The notes under the pieces are model-generated. The model did not search any database and was not told where the DNA came from. It saw nothing but the letters and a program-made list of their open reading frames with translations. A stretch of DNA of 64,000 nt from Verrucomicrobiota bacterium (GTDB taxonomy: Bacteria > Verrucomicrobiota > Verrucomicrobiia > Limisphaerales > J093). How positions within the stretch are numbered: the first letter of the stretch is position 1; each line of letters starts with the position of its first letter. Below are positions 56,466-64,000 of this stretch, in pieces. The DNA lies in contig JAKLFY010000027.1 in the NCBI GenBank assembly GCA_022710935.1, forward strand, positions 1,279 through 65,278. The letters run 5' to 3'. The translations under genes were made by a program, and so were the position numbers.

Positions 56466-58990
56466 TGGCGGCGCAGGACGAGGCGGTGTTCGATGCGGCG
56501 GGTCTGGTGGTATTCGAGGGGTGGCAGATCGGTGAGTGTGGGCGAGCGGGTCTCTTCGAGCAAGGCGCGGGCGCAAGCCTGGAGGGCTTTCCAGCGCGGC
56601 CACTCGATATCGCGGGCGTGGGCGATCTGCCGGAGGAGGCTGCGCCATTCAATGATGATGCGGTCGATATCGCCGGAGCCGAGCCACTCGCTGACCCAGG
56701 CGTGTTTGGCCTGGGGGTTGCGATGCACACTGGCCACCACAGCCTCGGCGCCGACACCGTACTTCGGCGGCACACCGTTCTCGATGTATCCAGGCGCGGT
56801 CTGTATCCCGTAGGCGCGCTGGCAGGCAATGGCCAACCGCCCCGCCCATCGGTTGTCTTCGCCGCAGAACCGGAATCCTGCGTCGAGGTTCGCGAGGTCA
56901 TAGACCAGCTCGTCGAGGGGATAATCCTCGTCTTCGAGAGCGGCGGCGATGGCCAGGCCGTCGCCTTGCGAGAAGCAACTGACGATCTGGCCGCGGCGGG
57001 TCGGGACGCCGGCGGCATCCACCAAGCCAAGCCGCCGCCACAACAGGGCCGTGCCGGTGGCCGCGGTCAGCTCGCGGCAGATCGGCACCAGATTGCAGCG
57101 CGCGCAGTCCGGGGCGAGCACCTCCCGTTCGGCCGGTTTCCAGAGCGCGACGCCGTGGGCGTCGACGGGCACTTTCAACGTGAGCCGCGCCAGGCTCACC
57201 TCGGCGACGATTTTGCGGGTGGATTCGACGAACCTGAGGGCGGGGGTGTTTTGGGCGATCAATCCGCGTTCGAGCCGGGGGACAATGTGTTCCTTCCAGA
57301 CGGGGTAAGGGGCCTGGCGCCCTTTCCACTGGGTCAATCGGCGCACCCATTTGGCGATCAACACGCGGTCGTCGCCTGGACGATCCGCGACGGTGAGGGC
57401 GCGCCCGTAGACCGGGAGTCCACTCTGCTCGTCCACGACGCAGAGGTTGCCCGAGCCGATCTTGGCGAGCGCCGCGGGCTCGCTCAGGACGGGTCGCAAG
57501 GCTGGCGGCGGGGTCAGCGGCTCGGCGGAGGGCGGCGACTCTGGAGGGGCCGGTGCGACCTTGATTTCCTCGAGCGGGACATGTCGGGGCAGGGGAGATC
57601 GCTGCCATTCGGCCCGGCTGTTCCACAGTTCACGGACCAATCGACGGACGTGGCGGGCGCGCTCGGCGTCGGTATGCAGGCCGCAGGGCGCGTGGGGATG
57701 TTCGAGCGACATTTCCACACCGAGGAAGATCGGCTTGGTCGTGAACAGGCGCTGCTGAACTCGGACGGCTTCGAGGAACGGAGGCCGTCCCTGTTGGGCT
57801 GCCGCGCGCATGATGCCCAAGAGCGCGCTCCAATCCACCATCCCGTTGCGCGCCAAATGTCCGGCGTGGGCGTCGAGCAGACGGATTTCGTTCGCTGTCA
57901 CCAGCACGAAACCTGTCTCGTCGATGCCCCGTCGCCCGGCGCGTCCGAACATTTGGAGGATTTCGTCGGGCTTGAGCGGGTGTTCGAGTTCATCGCGCCG
58001 GTACGATTCGCCGGCGAGGGCGACGCTGCGAAGGGAGAAATTGACGCCCGCGGCCAGGCCCATGGTGGCTACGACCGCGCGAAGCTGTCCCGCCTTGGCC
58101 AGGGGCTCGATCACTCCGGCGCGCGCCCCGTAGCTGAGGCCGCTGTGGTGGAAGGCGACGCGGGACTTGAGCAGGCGGGCGAGGTGATCGCCCACGATCT
58201 GGCGCTGGGCGACGCTCAGTTGCAGCGGATCCGGGCAAGGCAGGTTGCGGGCCAGGTCAGCGGCGAGGGCTTCCGCCGCCTGGCGGCGCGGGGCGAACAC
58301 CAGCACGGGGCCCAGGTTGTCGGCGAGCGCCTTCGCGACCGCGCGTGGCCAGTAGCCTCGAATCTCGGATGGCAGATAATAATTGAGGTGCTGGACATGG
58401 ACTTCTTCAAGAGGAACGGGGCGGTGCTCGTGGCGGACCAGGTGGGCGTCGCGTCCCAGACGCCGCAGCCACTTGACCACGTCCTGCGGATTGCTGACGC
58501 TGCCGCTCAGCAGCAAGAGCTGTGTGGTGGCCGGGGCCAGGGCGATGGCCAGCTCGTAGTTGAGCCCGCGGTCGGCGTCCCCGATCATCTGGTATTCATC
58601 GACGACGAGCAGGCTTGGGCCGGTGCCCTGCATCAGGCGGTTCTTCTGTGTTTCGAGCGTGGCGACGAGGACCGGCGCGTCGAGATTCTCGGCCAGGTCG
58701 CCCGTGGCGATGCCGACGTTCCACCCGCGCGCCCGCCACTCGGCCAGTTTGTCGTTCGCCAGCGCGCGTGTCGGAACGGTATAGATCGCCTGGCCCCGAT
58801 TATGGCCCTGCTTGGACCAGATCTCGAAAACCAGTGTCTTGCCCGAACCGGTCGGCGCCTGGACGACGACGTCACTGCCCGCACGCAGGGCGCTGACCGC
58901 TTCCTGCTGCCAGAGGTCGGGCACGACCACCTGGTTCAGGGCGGTCAAGCTGGTCAGTTGATCCGCGAACGCCTGCACGCCCTTGAACAT
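56462..58990 (-). CDS. Ski2-like DEAD/DEAH-box helicase with long C-terminal domain (DUF3516-like)
   Basis: Walker A VQAPTGSGKTLV. DExH-type box LLVVDEYQMIGD. Motif III LLLSGS. Helicase C region AFHHSGLSYGAR...VVATMGLAAGVNF...MFGRAGRRGID. About 400 aa of extra C-terminus. Confidence 0.9.
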   Translation of the reverse strand: MFKGVQAFADQLTSLTALNQVVVPDLWQQEAVSALRAGSDVVVQAPTGSGKTLVFEIWSKQGHNRGQAIYTVPTRALANDKLAEWRARGWNVGIATGDLAENLDAPVLVATLETQKNRLMQGTGPSLLVVDEYQMIGDADRGLNYELAIALAPATTQLLLLSGSVSNPQDVVKWLRRLGRDAHLVRHEHRPVPLEEVHVQHLNYYLPSEIRGYWPRAVAKALADNLGPVLVFAPRRQAAEALAADLARNLPCPDPLQLSVAQRQIVGDHLARLLKSRVAFHHSGLSYGARAGVIEPLAKAGQLRAVVATMGLAAGVNFSLRSVALAGESYRRDELEHPLKPDEILQMFGRAGRRGIDETGFVLVTANEIRLLDAHAGHLARNGMVDWSALLGIMRAAAQQGRPPFLEAVRVQQRLFTTKPIFLGVEMSLEHPHAPCGLHTDAERARHVRRLVRELWNSRAEWQRSPLPRHVPLEEIKVAPAPPESPPSAEPLTPPPALRPVLSEPAALAKIGSGNLCVVDEQSGLPVYGRALTVADRPGDDRVLIAKWVRRLTQWKGRQAPYPVWKEHIVPRLERGLIAQNTPALRFVESTRKIVAEVSLARLTLKVPVDAHGVALWKPAEREVLAPDCARCNLVPICRELTAATGTALLWRRLGLVDAAGVPTRRGQIVSCFSQGDGLAIAAALEDEDYPLDELVYDLANLDAGFRFCGEDNRWAGRLAIACQRAYGIQTAPGYIENGVPPKYGVGAEAVVASVHRNPQAKHAWVSEWLGSGDIDRIIIEWRSLLRQIAHARDIEWPRWKALQACARALLEETRSPTLTDLPPLEYHQTRRIEHRLVLRRH

Positions 58991-59259
58991 AGACCGGGGA
59001 AGCGCGCTTGACAGGCAGAATCCTCAAGTTCGCCAGTCCGGTGTCAGCCTGCATTCGCACGCCCTTGGTTGCGGCACTGCCTCACTCCGGACCGCGCAAT
59101 CCAGCCGGCGCATGGCTGTGTGCACCCCAGGTGTCCCGTCCGATCGTCTCAACGCGGGCGATCTTCGCCGCGCTCATTTGTTCCGCAAGCCATGGTCGAG
59201 CACCACCTCCGGCTCGTCGGCGGCGACCGGTGCGCCCACGGATGTCCATGACTTGATGC

Positions 59260-60342
59260 TCATCGGGCGTTCATGATGGCCTGTCCCGGTCTAGCGCATA
59301 AATCCGATTGTGCGCCGCCGTGGGAATCTCGCCGTTCCGGGGTGCTGGCCAGCTCGTTGTACTTCTGCTTCAGATCTGCCGCGGTCTGCCCGATCCGCTT
59401 GGCCAGCATCAGGGGCCGAATGACTGTGGCATGGGCGCCCCAGCTCAGCACCCAGCGCTCGATTTCCTCGATGTTGTTGAGCCGAAGCCGCATCCGCAAT
59501 CCGCCTCGCGGGAACTCCATCACCTCCTCGCTGGGGTGCCAGCGCCGACCCCGCAGCAGATCCGCCGCCCAACGGTCAAACTCGATCACCACCTCGAAAT
59601 CATCCTTGCCCGCGAACACGCCGAAGCTGCCGCGCAGGAACTCGTCGGGACTGAACTTGGCGCGCGGATGGAATCGGGTGTTTGTGAGTTGCAGCCCGTG
59701 CATTCGGCTCAGGGCGAAGGTGCGCATCGCCTTTCGAGCGCGATCGTAGGCGAAGAGGTACCAGCGGTTGTCGACGCACGCGACGTGGCAGGGCTCGACG
59801 CGTCGCGTTTGGCGTTTGGCGGCGCCCAGATTGCGGTATTCGAATCGCAGCACCCGCCGCTCGCGCAACGCGGTATTCAGCCGCTGAAACAGTTTGAGAT
59901 CGGTGTCCTCGGGCCCCAACGGGCGGAACGACAGCGCCTGCTCGAGGTTGTGGAACGTGTACTCGGAATCGGCGCTGAGCTGGGCCGTGAGCTTGCGGAA
60001 CGCCGTTTCGAGCGGCTGCTCGAAGGGGGTGCCGTGGTATTGGGCGACCGCCTTCTGCGCGACCAGCAGGGCGAACAGCTCGGGCTCCGTGATCCGGATG
60101 CCCGGAAACTGATCCACCGGGCGCGCGTAGAAATAGCCGTACCGGCGCTCGTCGTATTCGATCGGCAGTTCGAGCCGGCACTTCATGAAGTCGATGTCGC
60201 GCTTGACGGTGCGGCTTGAGACCTCGAACTCCCGGGCCAACTGGGTGCAATTGGGGTGACCGCCCGAGCGGATCCGCGCGTGAATCTGCATCATGCGCTC
60301 CCACGGCGCACGGCAACGGACATGGTCGACGACCTTCGGCAT
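59260..60342 (-). CDS. HTH + WYL-domain transcriptional regulator
   Basis: The ATG at 60342 gives MPKVVDH. N-terminal HTH (NCTQLAREFEVSSRTVKRDIDFM). Literal WYL motif in HVACVDNRWYLFAYD. C-terminal WCX-like region ...IERWVLSWGAHATVIRP. Confidence 0.85.
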   Translation of the reverse strand: MPKVVDHVRCRAPWERMMQIHARIRSGGHPNCTQLAREFEVSSRTVKRDIDFMKCRLELPIEYDERRYGYFYARPVDQFPGIRITEPELFALLVAQKAVAQYHGTPFEQPLETAFRKLTAQLSADSEYTFHNLEQALSFRPLGPEDTDLKLFQRLNTALRERRVLRFEYRNLGAAKRQTRRVEPCHVACVDNRWYLFAYDRARKAMRTFALSRMHGLQLTNTRFHPRAKFSPDEFLRGSFGVFAGKDDFEVVIEFDRWAADLLRGRRWHPSEEVMEFPRGGLRMRLRLNNIEEIERWVLSWGAHATVIRPLMLAKRIGQTAADLKQKYNELASTPERRDSHGGAQSDLCARPGQAIMNAR

Positions 60343-60415
60343 TGGCGGTCTCACGATGGTTGTGTGGATGGCATTTCGCCCGGGGCGCGGCGAGATGTCA
60401 AACACTGTGTCTTCC

Positions 60416-60485
60416 AGCCCGCATGTTTCACCGAGTCATGACAGCGGCGAAGCGGAAAACTCCAAAACGCGGCCCGATGCGGGCT
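60416..60485. repeat. ~70-nt element with 9-bp terminal inverted repeat AGCCCGCAT/ATGCGGGCT (copy 1)
   Basis: AGCCCGCATGTTTCAC (60416-60431) is identical to 61894-61909. The closing arm ATGCGGGCT is at 60477-60485. Confidence 0.6.
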
Positions 60486-60551
60486 GGAAGATTCGGGCTG
60501 TGCGAAGTCGGTTGGGATGGTATCCTGCGCCCCGACAAACTGATTTGACTT

Positions 60552-61895
60552 ATGAAATGCGCCTTGTCCCGCCGCCAATTCCTCAAAGCAACCGCTGTGG
60601 CCAGCGCGGCCACCACCTGGCAATTGACCCCCACCCATGCGCTGGGCGGGACAGGTTCTACCGCTCCGTCCGAGCGCGTGAGCCTGGGTGTCATCGGGTT
60701 GGGCATCCAGGGCACAGGCAACATGCGGGCATTTCTTGGGATTCCGGAGGTGAAGGTGGTTGCCGTGTGCGACGTGCATGCGGCCCAACGCGCCGCCGGC
60801 AAGCAGATCGTCGACGCGTTCTACGAGAACTCGGATTGCGCGGCCTACACTGATTTTCGCGAACTCATCGCCCGGCCGGACATCGACGCCGTGCAGATCA
60901 CGGCTCCCGATCACTGGCATCCGCTCATCGCCATCGAGGCCGCCCGGCGCGGCAAGCACATGTACCAGGAAAAGCCGATGGGTTGGAGTGTCCGCGCGGC
61001 GCATGCCGTCGAACGGGCGGTGCGCGACAGCGGGGTGGTGTTCCAGTTCGGCACGCAGCAACGATCGGATGGCCGCTTCCGATTGGCGTGCGAGCTGGTG
61101 CGCAACGGCAGGATCGGCCGATTGCAGACCATCCTGGTGGGAGTCCCCGGCAGCGTCTCGTCCTGTCCCATCCAGCCGGTCGAGCCTGTGCCGAAGGAAC
61201 TCGACTACGATCTCTGGCTGGGTCCTGCCCCCATGGCGCCCTACTCGTATCAGCGCTGCCGTCCGTACACGCAGAAGGACGGGTGGAGCGTCTGGTACAG
61301 CATCTCGGACTACTGCATGGGGATGATTGGCAACTGGGGCGTCCATCACCTCGATATCGCGCAATGGGCGAACAACAGCGAGCTGAGCGGCCCCGTGGAA
61401 ATCGAGGGCGCGGCCGAGTTCCCGAAGGACTTGTTGACCGATTGCGCCGTGAGCTGGCAGGTCGAGAACCGCTATGCCAACGGCGTCACGCTGATTCACA
61501 TGGACGATGCGACCAGCGGCAAACACCCTCTCCAAAAGGGCGGTCATGGACACGGCGTCATGCTCATCGGCACCGAAGGCTGGGTGCATGTCGACCGCCA
61601 GAAGCTCGATGCGCACCCCGCTGCCCTGATCGAGAGCAAGATCGGCCCCGACGAAATCCACCTTTTCAAGAGCGACAACCATGGCGCCAATTTCATCGGG
61701 GCCGTGAAAGGCCGGAACAAGCCGGCCGCGCCCATCGATGTGGCTGTGCGGACCGACACGCTCTGCAACCTGCAGCTCATCGCCGCCACCTTGCGGCGCA
61801 AACTGCGGTGGGATCCGGAGGCCGAGCGGTTTGCCGACGACCCCGCCGCCAATGCCATGCTCGATCGCCCGATGCGCGCGCCGTGGACCCTCTAG
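60552..61895 (+). CDS. Gfo/Idh/MocA family oxidoreductase with Tat signal
   Basis: MKCALSRRQFLKATAVASAA (twin-arginine motif). VSLGVIGLGIQGTGN...VVAVCD. It is a paralog of 17001-18380 (shared ...FQFGTQQR/YQTGTQR..., ...AAPID..., MRAPWTL/MRAPYTV ends). Confidence 0.9.
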   Translation: MKCALSRRQFLKATAVASAATTWQLTPTHALGGTGSTAPSERVSLGVIGLGIQGTGNMRAFLGIPEVKVVAVCDVHAAQRAAGKQIVDAFYENSDCAAYTDFRELIARPDIDAVQITAPDHWHPLIAIEAARRGKHMYQEKPMGWSVRAAHAVERAVRDSGVVFQFGTQQRSDGRFRLACELVRNGRIGRLQTILVGVPGSVSSCPIQPVEPVPKELDYDLWLGPAPMAPYSYQRCRPYTQKDGWSVWYSISDYCMGMIGNWGVHHLDIAQWANNSELSGPVEIEGAAEFPKDLLTDCAVSWQVENRYANGVTLIHMDDATSGKHPLQKGGHGHGVMLIGTEGWVHVDRQKLDAHPAALIESKIGPDEIHLFKSDNHGANFIGAVKGRNKPAAPIDVAVRTDTLCNLQLIAATLRRKLRWDPEAERFADDPAANAMLDRPMRAPWTL

Positions 61896-61965
61896 CCCGC
61901 ATGTTTCACACCCCAACGGTGCACAAAGGGCGGTCAGATTTCGCGAGAGGACTGCTATGCGGGCT
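61894..61965. repeat. ~72-nt element with 9-bp terminal inverted repeat AGCCCGCAT/ATGCGGGCT (copy 2)
   Basis: It starts within the stop codon of 60552-61895. The closing arm is at 61957-61965. The interior is unrelated to copy 1. Confidence 0.6.
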
Positions 61966-61979
61966 AGGCATTTCGCTTT

Positions 61980-63419
61980 ATGGACAACACATCGATCGAC
62001 AAACCACTGGTGAGGCTCGGAATCCAACTGGCGCTCGCGGTCGGGTTAACCGCGGGGTTGCTCGCCGCGCCGAGCGCCGGCGCCGCTGAGAACGCCGAGG
62101 CCGCCCGGCAAGACGCTGCGGCGGCGCCGCCGGGCCCGGCTCGGGAGCATCCTCTTTTCGCCGGCTGGGCGAGCGTGGACATCACCCCGCGGAAGCCGGT
62201 CAACCTCGTCGGCCAATACGACAAGCGAATCTCCCGCGCCATCCTGGATCCGCTCACCGCGACGGCCCTTGCGCTCGAGACGCGCGGCGATGCGGGGCCG
62301 GTGGACCAGGCGATCCTGATCTCGTGCGACGTGATCGGGATCCCGCGGGCGGTCATGGACAAGCTGCGCGCGACGCTCGAACCGCGCCTTCCCGGCTTCG
62401 ATGTCCGGAAGCTGCTTCTCAACGGCACCCACACCCACACCGCGCCCGGTCTGGTCGAGACCACGTACAAGCCCTATGACGTCCGCGGCGATCCGGGGGT
62501 GATGCCGCCTTCAGAATACGCCGAGTTCTTCATCGAGCGCGTGGCCCGGGCCGCCGTCGAGGCCTGGGAGAAGCGGCGACCCGCCGGGCTCAGTTGGGGC
62601 CTCGGGTACGCTTCGGTGGGAACGAACCGTCGCGCCGTCTACTTCGACGGCAAGGCCGTCATGTATGGGACGACCGATGCCGCGAACTTCTCACACATCG
62701 AGGGATACCGCGACGACGGGGTCGAGATGCTGTTCTGTTGGGATGCGGACCAGAAGTTGACCGGGATTGTCGTCAACATCGCCTGCACCTCGCAGGAGAC
62801 GGAGGGGCTGAGCGAGGTCTCGGCGGATTTTTGGCACGACACGCGCGAGGCCGTCCGCCGGCGGTTGGGAGCGGACGTGCATATTCTCGCCCAGTGCGCG
62901 GCCGCGGGGGATCAGTCGCCGCACCTGCTTTATCGGCGGCAGGCGGAGGAGGTCATGGCGAAGCGCCGGGGCTTGACGCGGCGGCAGGAGATCGCGCGCC
63001 GGATTGCCGGGGCTGTCGAGGATGCGCTATCGGCTGCGCGGCAGGATGTGAAGACGGCCCTGATCTTCCAGCACGAGGTCTTGAGCATCGACCTGCCGGA
63101 ACAAGTCCCGCCGTCCCCGCCCTTTGTCGAGGGCGATCCGGTTCACCCGGTCGAGGTTCATGTCCTGCGGCTCGGCGACGTTTCGATCGCGACGAATCCA
63201 TTCGAGCTGTATCTCGATTACGGGGTCCGGATCAAGGCGCGCAGCAAGGCCGTGCTGACCCTTTTGGTGCAGCTTGCCGGCCAGGACTGCGGCTACTTGC
63301 CGACCGCCCGCGCGGTCAAGGGCGGCGGGTACAGCGCGGAGAATTTCGTGGTTGGAGCGGAGGGCGGGCAGGTGTTGGTGGACCAGACCGTCCGACGAAT
63401 TAACGCGATGTTTCCGTAG
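61980..63419 (+). CDS. Secreted neutral/alkaline ceramidase N-terminal-domain-like hydrolase (hypothetical)
   Basis: Signal peptide (LALAVGLTAGLLAAPSAGAA). FAGWASVDITP...LTATALALE...AILISCDVIGI...LLNGTHTHTAPG resembles the ceramidase-like family pattern. Assignment is by eye only. Confidence 0.55.
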   Translation: MDNTSIDKPLVRLGIQLALAVGLTAGLLAAPSAGAAENAEAARQDAAAAPPGPAREHPLFAGWASVDITPRKPVNLVGQYDKRISRAILDPLTATALALETRGDAGPVDQAILISCDVIGIPRAVMDKLRATLEPRLPGFDVRKLLLNGTHTHTAPGLVETTYKPYDVRGDPGVMPPSEYAEFFIERVARAAVEAWEKRRPAGLSWGLGYASVGTNRRAVYFDGKAVMYGTTDAANFSHIEGYRDDGVEMLFCWDADQKLTGIVVNIACTSQETEGLSEVSADFWHDTREAVRRRLGADVHILAQCAAAGDQSPHLLYRRQAEEVMAKRRGLTRRQEIARRIAGAVEDALSAARQDVKTALIFQHEVLSIDLPEQVPPSPPFVEGDPVHPVEVHVLRLGDVSIATNPFELYLDYGVRIKARSKAVLTLLVQLAGQDCGYLPTARAVKGGGYSAENFVVGAEGGQVLVDQTVRRINAMFP

Positions 63420-63437
63420 ACCGGGCTGGGGACGAGT

Positions 63438-64000
63438 TCAGCGCGCCTTTCCCGGCCAATGTCCGGGTGGCAGGCCGGCCGCGGGTCGCGGCTGTTCTCC
63501 CGACGCCGTGCGATTGGTTTGCGGGTGCGGGGTGCTCAAGTAGCGGAACAGATCGGAGTCCGCCGGCAGGACCAGGGTGCTGCGCCTGCTCAGGAACTGT
63601 TCGTAGGCCTGGAGGCTGCGCACGAAGGCGTAGAATTCGGCGTTCTTGCCGTAGGCCTCTGCGTAGACGCCCGTGGCGGTGCCGTCGCCTTCGCCGCGGA
63701 GCTTCTCGGCGTCCTGCTTGGCTTGGGCCAGGAGGATCGTGCGTTGCTTGTCCGTTTCCGCTTTCAGCTTGGCCGACTCTTCCTCGCCTTCGCTGCGGTA
63801 GCGCTTGGCCTCGCGTTCGCGTTCGGCCTGCATGCGCTGAAAGACGCTCAACTGCACTTCCTGCGGCAGGTCGGCGCGCTTGATACGCACGTCCACCACG
63901 GCGATCCCAAATTCCTTGGCTTTCTCGCGGGCCGTCCGAGCCACGTTGTCCATGATGGTCTCGCGGTTCAGGCCGATGACCAGGTCGAAGGTGTGGCTGG
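63438..64000 (-). CDS. hflC: SPFH-domain protease modulator HflC (C-terminal part; 5' end beyond window)
   Basis: The frame stays open to the window end (…HTFDLVIGLNRETIMDNVARTAREKAKEFGIAVVDVRIKRADLP...). AEREREAKRYRSEGEE...GVYAEAYGKNAEFYAFVRSLQAYEQFL...LVLPADSDLFRYL. Confidence 0.75.
   Translation of the reverse strand, partial: SHTFDLVIGLNRETIMDNVARTAREKAKEFGIAVVDVRIKRADLPQEVQLSVFQRMQAEREREAKRYRSEGEEESAKLKAETDKQRTILLAQAKQDAEKLRGEGDGTATGVYAEAYGKNAEFYAFVRSLQAYEQFLSRRSTLVLPADSDLFRYLSTPHPQTNRTASGEQPRPAAGLPPGHWPGKAR

Noticed and set aside
54312-59011. Two very long antisense ORFs (54312-56648 minus; 56465-59011 plus)
   Set aside because: They lie opposite the phosphoesterase and helicase genes, both of which carry unambiguous family motifs. 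The antisense translations are low-complexity and R/G/A/P/H-rich. The same reasoning applies to 7701-9335(-), 9383-10606(-), 14250-15572(-), 15563-16873(-), 16848-18254(-), 18434-19798(-), 20473-21531(-), 21910-22908(+), 24346-25728(-), 26099-27874(-), 28091-30367(-), 31081-32919(+), 32968-34230(+), 34148-36448(+), 38366-39604(-), 39283-40899(+), 41181-42227(-), 42280-43413(-), 43566-44612(-), 47410-49347(+), 49334-50656(-), 50867-52171(+) and 60351-62027(-).
59174-59263. 29-codon minus-strand ORF (MSIKSWTSVGAPVAADEPEVVLDHGLRNK) whose ATG overlaps the WYL stop as ATGA
   Set aside because: The ATGA overlap is suggestive, but the ORF is tiny, has no recognisable features, and ATGA overlaps arise easily. 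It would need conservation or ribosome-profiling evidence.
60416-61965. Integron attC sites flanking a gene cassette
   Set aside because: The hairpin elements lack the RYYYAAC/GTTRRRY core sites. No intI integrase or attI is present, and only one gene is bracketed.

Overview
GC-rich bacterial chromosomal window. I found no rRNA, tRNA, CRISPR array or prophage by eye. I call 43 protein-coding genes, two of them truncated by the window edges, plus one gene fragment. The gene content suggests a PVC-superphylum (Verrucomicrobiota-like) origin, but this is inference only: Tat-signal Gfo/Idh/MocA oxidoreductases, ThuA, a HEAT-repeat protein, DUF1638, a YncE-propeller/phosphoesterase fusion, weak Shine-Dalgarno usage, and five ATGA stop/start overlaps.

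Housekeeping genes: rho, gltX, pilT, cinA-pyrK-pyrD, a double-domain U32 protein, metH, asnB-like, hisF, queA, hflC, and glyA. The glyA ORF is a single reading frame fused to LMW-PTP and RpiB modules.

Accessory content:
- A minus-strand cluster of a membrane esterase, an orphan mini-secretin and three tandem B12-type radical SAM paralogs (positions 1-6922). It runs off the window.
- A glycan/EPS-type block (asnB-like, methyltransferase, GT2, GT4, Wzy/O-antigen-ligase-like, beta-propeller GH-like), interrupted by a Y1 (HUH) RayT-like transposase gene bounded by 29-bp inverted repeats.
- A CHAT protease with an M17_N-like N-terminus.
- A Phd/VapC toxin-antitoxin cassette sitting between two ~220-bp diverged copies of the promoter and 5' end of the downstream gene.
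- A WYL regulator upstream of a Ski2-like helicase.

Intergenic DNA is rich in dispersed hairpin repeats. These include GTAG-prefixed REP/BIME-like units, a CATGAAC-terminated palindromic family (one copy lies in frame inside the U32 gene), and a ~90-bp element carrying AAGGAGG plus a conserved 19-codon mini-ORF.

Most long track ORFs that lie antisense to the genes above are GC-driven shadow ORFs and are rejected. All family assignments are by-eye motif recognition; no database search was possible.
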